Origin: Myxococcota bacterium
GTDB taxonomy: Bacteria > Myxococcota_A > UBA796 > SXON01
NCBI GenBank assembly: GCA_040386535.1
Contig: JAZKFH010000002.1
Coordinates: forward strand, 252,867 to 316,866
DNA: 64,000 bases
Direction: 5' to 3'
The translations under genes and the position numbers were made by a program. The notes under the pieces were generated by a model that saw only the letters and a program-made list of their open reading frames with translations, was not told the DNA's origin and did no database searches. Positions 57,087-64,000 of this stretch are shown piece after piece (position 1 is the first letter of the stretch; every line of letters starts with the position of its first letter).

Positions 57087-58420
57087 GCCAGGACGCCGTC
57101 CGGGACGAGATCGTGTACGCGCTTCGCCAGGGCACCGTGCCCGCGCGGGGGCTCGACCTGTTCGCGACGGGCCTCGAGCCCCTCGTCGCGCAGGTGAAGG
57201 CCGAGCTGGAGCACGTCGGCCGCGGCCACGGGCTCTCCAAGTGGCTGCGCGGCGACTACGGCGCAGGCAAGACGTTCACCGCCCGCCACCTCGCGGCGGT
57301 CGCGCGCTCGCTCGGGTTTGCCACCTCCGAGATCCAGGTGTCGGTGAACGACACCCCGCTGCACAAGCTGGAGACCGTCTACCGGCGCCTCACCGAGCGG
57401 CTGGAGACGCCGACCGACCCGCCGAGCGCCCTCCAGCCCATCGTCGACGGCTGGCTCTACGACGTAGGCGACAAGGTGACGCGCCTCCGCGGTCTGACCG
57501 AGGACGACCCCGCCTTCCCCGACGCCTGTGAGCAGCAGATCGAGGACGAGCTCGCCGACATCTCCCGGGTCAATCCCGCGTTCGCGGCGGTGCTCCGCAC
57601 CTACAACCGCGCACAGGTCGACGGCGATCGCGCCCTCGCCCAGGGGCTCCTCGCGTGGCTTGGCGGCCAGCCCAACACGGGGCGCGCGCTCAAGGCCGAG
57701 GCCGGCGTGCGGGGCGAGATCGACGGGCAGGCAGCGCTCACCTTCCTCGGCGGACTCCTCCGGCTCCTGCGCCAGTCGGGCCACAAGGGCCTCGTGGTCG
57801 TGCTCGACGAGGTCGAGACCATCCAGCGCATCAAGTCCGACACACGCGGCCGCAGCCTCGACGCGCTGCGTCAGCTCATGGACATGCTCTCCGAGGACCG
57901 TCTACCCGGCCTCTACCTCATCGTGACGGGTACACCTGCGTTCTTCGAGGGGCCCAAGGGCATCAAGGAGCTTGCGCCGCTCCGCGACCGCCTCGCCCTC
58001 CCGCCCGACGACGGCTCCGGCTTCGAGAACCTCAAGGCGCCCCAGGTGCGGCTGCGCGCCTTCGACGGCCCCCGCCTCCGTCGCGTCGGCCTCGCGGTGC
58101 GGGACCTGTACCCGGCCCGTGACCCCGTCGACATCCGTGGACGCGTGGACGACCCCTTCGTGCAGGCGCTCGTCGACAAGCTCACCGAGGGCTTCGGCGG
58201 GCGCGTGGACATCGTTCCACGCCTGTTCCTCCGCACCCTGGTCGACGTGCTCGACCGCGCCGACACCCACGCCGAATACGACCCGCGCGTTCACCACAAG
58301 CTGAACGTGAACCGGGACGATCTGTTGGACGAGGAGCTCGAGGCCTTCGAGCGCGCGCGCGCGCCGGCGGCGGCATCCGAGACGAGTGGTGGGCAGAGGC
58401 CGCGCCGGCTGGAGGAGTAG
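57083..58420 (+). CDS. brxD: BREX ATP-binding protein BrxD
   Basis: ALRQGTVPARGL, Walker A RGDYGAGKTF, TPLHKLETVYRR, Walker B VVLDEVETIQR and GTPAFFEG. Confidence 0.93.
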   Translation: MSQDAVRDEIVYALRQGTVPARGLDLFATGLEPLVAQVKAELEHVGRGHGLSKWLRGDYGAGKTFTARHLAAVARSLGFATSEIQVSVNDTPLHKLETVYRRLTERLETPTDPPSALQPIVDGWLYDVGDKVTRLRGLTEDDPAFPDACEQQIEDELADISRVNPAFAAVLRTYNRAQVDGDRALAQGLLAWLGGQPNTGRALKAEAGVRGEIDGQAALTFLGGLLRLLRQSGHKGLVVVLDEVETIQRIKSDTRGRSLDALRQLMDMLSEDRLPGLYLIVTGTPAFFEGPKGIKELAPLRDRLALPPDDGSGFENLKAPQVRLRAFDGPRLRRVGLAVRDLYPARDPVDIRGRVDDPFVQALVDKLTEGFGGRVDIVPRLFLRTLVDVLDRADTHAEYDPRVHHKLNVNRDDLLDEELEAFERARAPAAASETSGGQRPRRLEE

Positions 58421-60550
58421 GTGGGTGCCTTCGACCGGCTCCACCCGCGCCTACGCCACGCCATCGTCCACGACATCGGCTGGCGCTCGCTACGCCCGGT
58501 GCAGGAGCAGGCGGCAGAAGCGATCCTCGATGGCAAGAACGCCGTCGTCCTCGCCCCAACAGCGGGCGGGAAGACCGAGGCGAGCATCTTCCCGGTGCTC
58601 TCTGCGATCCTCACCGAGGAGCGCCCGCCGGTAGCCGCGCTCTACATCTGTCCCATCCGCGCGCTGCTCAACAATCAGGAGCTGCGACTGCGCCAGTACA
58701 CGCGCATGGTCGGCCTGGAAGTGTTCAAGTGGCACGGGGACGTGTCCCCTTCCCAGAAGCGCTCCTTCGTCGCCGATCCGGTGCATCTGTTGATGACCAC
58801 GCCGGAGAGCATCGAGGTCATGTTGATGAGCTCCTGGGTGGATCCTGCGCGCGTGTTCGCGGGGCTCCAGGCGGTGATCATCGACGAGGTGCACGCGTTC
58901 GCGGGGGATGACCGCGGCGCCCACCTCGCTGCCCTGCTCGAGCGGCTGTCCACCTTCTGCGGGCGTGACATCCAACGGATCGGCCTATCCGCCACCGTGG
59001 GGAACCCCGAGGAGATCGGGCGCTGGCTCCAGGGGTCGAGCCAGCGGGGTTTCGCCCTGGTCGATCCTCCGAAGGCGCGCGCAGAGCGCCGCCTCACCGT
59101 CGACTATGCCCCCGAGCCCGACGTGCTCGCCGCCGGGATCGCCCGCGCCGCGCGCGGCGTGAAGAGCCTCGTGTTCGTAGAGTCGCGTCGTAAGGCCGAG
59201 CGCACTGCCCAGTCCCTGGCGACGATGCGGGACCTGGACGTGTACGTTCACCACAGCGCCGTCTCGCGTGCGGATCGCGAGAAAGCGGAGGCAATGTTCC
59301 AAGGCGGAAGCGCGGCGGCGATCGTCTGCACCTCCACCATGGAGCTGGGCATCGACGTCGGCGACCTCGACCGCGTGATCCAGGTGGACGCGCCCTCGCG
59401 CGTGGCGTCGTATCTCCAGCGCATGGGGCGCACCGGACGCCGCGCGGAAACCGTGGCCAACTGCGCCTTCTTCTGCGAGAGCGGAATGGACCTCGCGCGG
59501 GCGGTCGCGCTGCTCCGCCTGGGTCACCGCGGCTGGGTGGAGGACGTGGAGCCCCCCCGGCGCGCCCTCCATGTGCTCGCCCACCAGATCCTCGCTCTCG
59601 TGTTGCAGGAGGGCGGCATCAGTCGTTTCCGCGTGCTCGACTGGTTGGCGCGGGCCGCTCCCTTCGTCGGCCTCGCGTCGTCCGAGGTGCAGGAGCTCGT
59701 GGACACGATGGTGGAGCGCGACATCCTCCTCGAGGCGAGCGGCCGCCTCCAGCTCGGCCTCAAAGGCGAGAAGCTGTACGGCGCCAAGAACTTCTTCGAG
59801 CTCTACGCCGTCTTCTCCTCTCCCCCCCTCGTGGCGGTGATGCATGGGCGCGAGGATGTCGGCACCGTCGATGCCGGCTTCGTGCGCGCCCATGACCCCG
59901 CTCAGGGCCCCCTCCGCTTCCGCCTCGCGGGGCAGTCCTGGCAGGTCAAGTTCTACGACGAGCGCCGCGGTCAGCTCTTCGTCCATCCCTCCGACATCGG
60001 CAAGGCGCCCAACTGGATGGGCATGCCGGGCACGCTCTCCTACCCGCTTTGCCAGGAGATCAAGGCCACCCTGCGGGAGGCGACGCCCGAGGAGGACGCC
60101 TGGTTGAGCCGAGCAGCGGCAGACGAGTTGGCGAGCCTGCGGAGCGACTACGACGGGCTGGTTGAGCCCGACGTGACCGCGCTGGAAGAGACTGACGACG
60201 GTGTCACCTGGCACACCTTCGCCGGCGGTCTCATCAACCGCGTCCTCGTGGCCGCCCTACAGGCCACCGCCGGGCAGAAATGGCGCATGGGCAACCTGGG
60301 CCTCGGGGGCAAGGATATCGCCCGGGTCGACGCCCAGCGGGCGATCGAGGGGCTCCGCTCGGCTGACCTCGCCTCGATCGGGGCGGAGGCCGCGGACGGG
60401 TTCTTGCGGGGGGAGCTGTCGAAGTTCCAGGTGTGCTTGCCGGAGAGAGCGGAGCGGGCGTTGCTGGTCGAGCGGCTGTTGGATGTGGACGGGGCGCGGC
60501 GGGTTTTGGGGGAGCGGGTGGTGGTGTGTGGTTCGCGAGGGGATGCATGA
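58421..60550 (+). CDS. brxHI: BREX Lhr-like DEAD/H helicase BrxHI
   Basis: APTAGGKTEA, PIRALLN, TTPES, DEVH, SAT, HHS, TSTMELGIDVG and QRMGRTGRR. Abuts brxD. Confidence 0.92.
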   Translation: MGAFDRLHPRLRHAIVHDIGWRSLRPVQEQAAEAILDGKNAVVLAPTAGGKTEASIFPVLSAILTEERPPVAALYICPIRALLNNQELRLRQYTRMVGLEVFKWHGDVSPSQKRSFVADPVHLLMTTPESIEVMLMSSWVDPARVFAGLQAVIIDEVHAFAGDDRGAHLAALLERLSTFCGRDIQRIGLSATVGNPEEIGRWLQGSSQRGFALVDPPKARAERRLTVDYAPEPDVLAAGIARAARGVKSLVFVESRRKAERTAQSLATMRDLDVYVHHSAVSRADREKAEAMFQGGSAAAIVCTSTMELGIDVGDLDRVIQVDAPSRVASYLQRMGRTGRRAETVANCAFFCESGMDLARAVALLRLGHRGWVEDVEPPRRALHVLAHQILALVLQEGGISRFRVLDWLARAAPFVGLASSEVQELVDTMVERDILLEASGRLQLGLKGEKLYGAKNFFELYAVFSSPPLVAVMHGREDVGTVDAGFVRAHDPAQGPLRFRLAGQSWQVKFYDERRGQLFVHPSDIGKAPNWMGMPGTLSYPLCQEIKATLREATPEEDAWLSRAAADELASLRSDYDGLVEPDVTALEETDDGVTWHTFAGGLINRVLVAALQATAGQKWRMGNLGLGGKDIARVDAQRAIEGLRSADLASIGAEAADGFLRGELSKFQVCLPERAERALLVERLLDVDGARRVLGERVVVCGSRGDA

Positions 60551-62601
60551 CGACGCCCGCAACGCCGGTCCTCTCGTACGAAGACTTCTTCGAACAGGTC
60601 GAGGCCCACTTCGCCTACGCGAAGACGCTCCCAGCGAACGCGGCGGTTGACCTCGTCGAGCGGCGGCTGGGGGACGCGACATGGCGCGAGGCCCCGGCCG
60701 CGCTCGTAGACCTCGTCTGTCATCTCAGCGACGGTAGCCGTCTCCTCCCCGTCGCGGCCGGCAAGCTGACTGAGCAGGTGGTGGTCGCGTTCGCCTCGCT
60801 GGGGAGAAGGTTCGACGAGGGGATCCACGACGCGCTCCGGCAGCTTGTGCCGTTCCTGGCGCGGACGGAGGCCCGGCACGTATTCCTCGACCCACTCGTC
60901 GCGTGGCTGACAGCGCACGCAACACCTGGGGAGGCCCGCCTCGTCGCTGAGCTGCTCACCCTTTCGGGCTCCCACATGGGGCCCGGCGGTGTCGCCCCCG
61001 CGCTCCGGCCCCTCGCCATCTGGCTGCTAGACTACGGCTCCGCCGAGCTCCGGGCCACCGACCGCCGTACGCTCGTCGCCCGCCTCCTGCAGCTCGTGGT
61101 CACTGGCGAGCCAGGCCATCTCCCGGCGGCGCTCCGAGTCGTCCTGCGAAGATCGGACGCCGAGCAGTGCATCGCCGCGCGCATTCAGGAACCGCTCTGG
61201 CGTGCGCTGGAGAAGGCCTTGGAGGCCGGGTGCGCGCCGTCACTCGCGGTGGAACTCGCGAATACCGTTGGGGAGTCCGCCGGGCTAGCGTTCGTGCCGG
61301 GCAATTCGCTCCCGCGCGTTCGACAGGCGCTCGTAGCGGGCCTCCTGCGCGCGCAGATCTCGGCGCCCCTCGACCGAGCCGTGTGGAGTTGGGCGCTCGC
61401 CACCGAGCCGCCCGCCAACGGCTCGATCTCCCACGCGCCCCTCGTCGTGCTGGAGCGGGCGTTGGATGTGCTGCCGCACCGCGCCCGCGCCTCTTCGGAC
61501 ATCGAGCGCGTCGGCTCGCTGGACGTGCATGTCCAGCGGATGCGTCCCCGCCCGGAGTGGGTGCGCGCGCTTCTGGACGCCTGGCTCGATGTCCACGGGG
61601 GCCCTCTCGCCGCCGGGGAGGCGGGACGACGGAGGCTGCTGAGCGTCGCCAGCTCCCATCCCAACCTGGTCGCCAGCATCCTGCGGGAGCGGCTGTCGCC
61701 GCAGTCGGAGCTCGCCCGCCTTCCAATCGCCATCCTCGACAGCGCGGCCGACCTGCCCGTGGGGGTCGAGGCTGCGGTTCGCGCGCTGCCGAAGCACAGG
61801 CAGGCTCGAGCTCCGGCTGCGGTCACCTTGCCGGACTCGTTCGAGGCCCTCCTCCGCGACCTCGTCAACGCCCCTTGGGTGGAATCCGCGTTCGGCGTCG
61901 ACCTCCCAGGTCTGCTGGGGTCAGCCCGAAACGTTCGTTTCGACGACCTCTCTCCCGACGACAAGGTTCGTGTGTCCGGGGACATTCTCCTCGTGGACCG
62001 CGAGTACCCGAGCATGCTCGCGAGCGAGACTCGGTGGAATTCCGAAGAACGGGACGCGCTCCTCGTGCTCTACGTCGTGCACGAGCTCGCCCACTTTCAC
62101 CAGGGGATCGGGGACAAGACGAGTGTGCAGGCCCTTCGCGAGGCCGGCGCCGAGTCGTCACTGATGCACGTCGACCTCGCTGCCGACCATGTGGCCGCCC
62201 TGCTTACGGCGCAGGTGGTGCGGCGCTGGTCACTGAGCTGGCTCAAGAACCTACAAGGCCGCTCGCTCGCAGATTTTCCGGTGGGCCCCACGCATCCATC
62301 GGGCTCCCGCGCAAGGAAGGCCGCCCGACTCGTAGGTGTGCGCGTCGACTGGCTCGTACGGGAGCACAGCCTCGTGAGCGAAGCGCGCCTCGGCCAGGGT
62401 TATGCGTTCGCCGAGTACGGCCCTGCAGGCGGCAAGCTCCTGGTGCTCGTGTCCGGCCCCCCGAACGCACTCATCTTGCAACGCCCCTTGGCCCGAGCTG
62501 CGGCTGAGGTGCTCGTGAGCGCGGCGGACGAAGCCAACGTGGGCCCGGAAGGTCTTCGGCGTGTCGACTCGGCCCTCCGCGACGCCCTTCTCGGGAGGTG
62601 A
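60547..62601 (+). CDS. Helical protein with C-terminal HEXXH zinc-metallopeptidase-like domain
   Basis: ATGA overlap with brxHI. VVHELAHFHQG (62080-62094) followed by DLAADHVA. Confidence 0.7.
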   Translation: MTTPATPVLSYEDFFEQVEAHFAYAKTLPANAAVDLVERRLGDATWREAPAALVDLVCHLSDGSRLLPVAAGKLTEQVVVAFASLGRRFDEGIHDALRQLVPFLARTEARHVFLDPLVAWLTAHATPGEARLVAELLTLSGSHMGPGGVAPALRPLAIWLLDYGSAELRATDRRTLVARLLQLVVTGEPGHLPAALRVVLRRSDAEQCIAARIQEPLWRALEKALEAGCAPSLAVELANTVGESAGLAFVPGNSLPRVRQALVAGLLRAQISAPLDRAVWSWALATEPPANGSISHAPLVVLERALDVLPHRARASSDIERVGSLDVHVQRMRPRPEWVRALLDAWLDVHGGPLAAGEAGRRRLLSVASSHPNLVASILRERLSPQSELARLPIAILDSAADLPVGVEAAVRALPKHRQARAPAAVTLPDSFEALLRDLVNAPWVESAFGVDLPGLLGSARNVRFDDLSPDDKVRVSGDILLVDREYPSMLASETRWNSEERDALLVLYVVHELAHFHQGIGDKTSVQALREAGAESSLMHVDLAADHVAALLTAQVVRRWSLSWLKNLQGRSLADFPVGPTHPSGSRARKAARLVGVRVDWLVREHSLVSEARLGQGYAFAEYGPAGGKLLVLVSGPPNALILQRPLARAAAEVLVSAADEANVGPEGLRRVDSALRDALLGR

Positions 62602-62623
62602 TCATGCGTTCGTTGGAGGTGAT

Positions 62624-64000
62624 GTGGGTCGACTGACAGAGATGGCGCGGCGAGAAGGGTGGAACGACCTCGATCACCTCGGACGCATGCTTGTGGCGGA
62701 CGCTCGATGGCTCGGCGGTGAGGCACCGGCTGACGTCGCGAGGGCGCTCCGAGCGATCGACCTTGGGGACTCGGACGGACTGGAGTGGCTCGACGAGCGG
62801 CCACAGGCGCGGCTGCTGCTCGCGGAACTGCTCGGTGTGGCGGCGGGGGAGCTCGACCGCGTCGCTACGCCGCGTCAAGGAGCCCCCCGGCTCGTGCTCC
62901 GTGAGCTCACCGGCGCACGGCCTGTGGACCTTCGGCGGGAGGACCTGTTTCCTGGCATCCCGTCGGAGGTTCTGGCGCCGAAAGGCAAGGGTCTACAATG
63001 GTGGTTTGCGATGTCCGGAGCGGGCCGGTCTTCCGTTGGCCAATGGCTCCGCGAGCGGGGGATCGCGCTCTCGCTTCGGGGGACTTGGGCGGACCTTGAA
63101 GGTTCCCTCCCACAGAGCGGATCCGTCTATATGGAGCTGACTTCGCCGGAGGGCGTGCCTCGCTATCCCGACGCCCTGGAGGGAAGGGACATCACCGTCG
63201 CCGCCCCATTCCTCCCCGTACCGCTGCCAGAAATGCGGGATCTCGCCGATGAGCGCCGGGCTCGGGAGGCGGAGGATGAACCCCAGGCGGAGGAGCCCGA
63301 AGCGGACACCTCTTGGAGCTTTATTACCACGGAGGACCCCGAGGAATGGGCCGACCCGCTCGTCGAGTGGGTCGGCAATCGGGTGGAGGGATTCCCGACT
63401 GAGGACGCAAAGGCATTCTTCCAGCGCGGCTTCGCGAAGAAGTGGCTGAAGACTCCGGGCGACTACCTTGGTTTATGCGGACTGCTCCAGCGCTTTGGGG
63501 TCGACGGGCTCGTCGCGATGGAGTCGGAGGCGTTCGTGATCGAGTTTCTCCGTGCCCGCGCGGAACGGCACGATCTCGCTCCGAGCGCTTGGGAGCTCGA
63601 GGATGTGTGGGCAGCCTACAGAGCGGCGGTGCGAGGCATCTTGCGAAACGCCACAAGAACGGATGGGTATGTTCGCGAGTTCGACATCGTCGAGTGGTTC
63701 CCCCGAGATCTGCCATTTTCCGGGGTGGATTCTGTCGCAGAATTGAAGCGAATGCACCTCCTGGAATCCGTGGGTGACGGGATCCTGGAGATGCGCCCCC
63801 ACTGGCTTGCGATCTTTGCTGGCGACGAGGTTGTGCGCGAACTGATCGCCGAACCGGCGCAGGGCCTCGGCCACGTACTCCTCAATCCCAAGCTGGCCGG
63901 CGCGATTTTCGACGGCTTGGTCAAGGCCATCCGAGCGGACGAGGAGGACGAGGAGGACGAGGAGGACGAGGAGGACGAGGAGGACGAGGAGGACGAGGAG
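62624..64000 (+). CDS. Hypothetical protein with degenerate P-loop (runs off window)
   Basis: Missing from the ORF track. GGAGGT RBS at 62615-62620 then GTG 62624. The frame is open to the end on manual translation and contains WWFAMSGAGRSSVGQWL and terminal (DEE)n. Confidence 0.75.
   Translation, partial: MGRLTEMARREGWNDLDHLGRMLVADARWLGGEAPADVARALRAIDLGDSDGLEWLDERPQARLLLAELLGVAAGELDRVATPRQGAPRLVLRELTGARPVDLRREDLFPGIPSEVLAPKGKGLQWWFAMSGAGRSSVGQWLRERGIALSLRGTWADLEGSLPQSGSVYMELTSPEGVPRYPDALEGRDITVAAPFLPVPLPEMRDLADERRAREAEDEPQAEEPEADTSWSFITTEDPEEWADPLVEWVGNRVEGFPTEDAKAFFQRGFAKKWLKTPGDYLGLCGLLQRFGVDGLVAMESEAFVIEFLRARAERHDLAPSAWELEDVWAAYRAAVRGILRNATRTDGYVREFDIVEWFPRDLPFSGVDSVAELKRMHLLESVGDGILEMRPHWLAIFAGDEVVRELIAEPAQGLGHVLLNPKLAGAIFDGLVKAIRADEEDEEDEEDEEDEEDEEDEE
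63938..64000 (+). repeat. Perfect 9-bp tandem repeat (GACGAGGAG), 7 copies to the window edge
   Basis: Directly visible; encodes Asp-Glu-Glu repeats. Confidence 0.95.

Larger units (their letters stand above)
32995..64000. mobile_element. Integrase-headed defence island (right end outside window)
   Basis: Tyrosine recombinase immediately after fumA, followed only by accessory and defence genes with heterogeneous codon usage. No att repeat found within the window. Confidence 0.7.

Noticed and set aside
62604..62636. Short ORF MRSLEVMWVD after the HEXXH gene
   Set aside because: It has only 10 codons and overlaps the RBS and GTG of the long downstream ORF; there is no evidence it is translated.

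Overview
High-GC bacterial DNA; the gene repertoire (MopE-like Cys motifs, FG-GAP lipoproteins, Pgl/BREX) suggests Myxococcota, which is an inference. The left half (1-33.0 kb) is chromosomal. It carries a thioester-less alpha-2-macroglobulin coupled to a 1744-aa secreted partner, a REP-like hairpin triplet, and a patchwork of surface and glycosylation genes (two GT-C glycosyltransferases, an FG-GAP protein, a six-repeat Cys lipoprotein). It also holds a yehQ-DUF5691-yehL-yehM-yehP (SWIM/MoxR/vWA) operon with a spermidine-synthase-like tail gene, plus pirin, cyclophilin, SRPBCC and class I fumarase genes. The right half (33.0 kb to the end) is an integrase-headed defence island. It contains two putative nuclease-like orphans and a complete type 2 BREX/Pgl set (pglW, pglX, pglY, pglZ, brxD, brxHI). 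The BREX set has an extra uncharacterised gene coupled to pglW. It is split between pglW and pglX by a three-gene module (HsdR-N-like PD-(D/E)xK nuclease, small middle gene, Rad50/SbcC-like zinc-hook ABC ATPase) that resembles Lamassu/ABC-three-component systems. It continues into a HEXXH metalloprotease-like gene and a degenerate P-loop protein that runs off the window in a (GACGAGGAG)n repeat. All calls come from reading motifs by eye; no searches were run.
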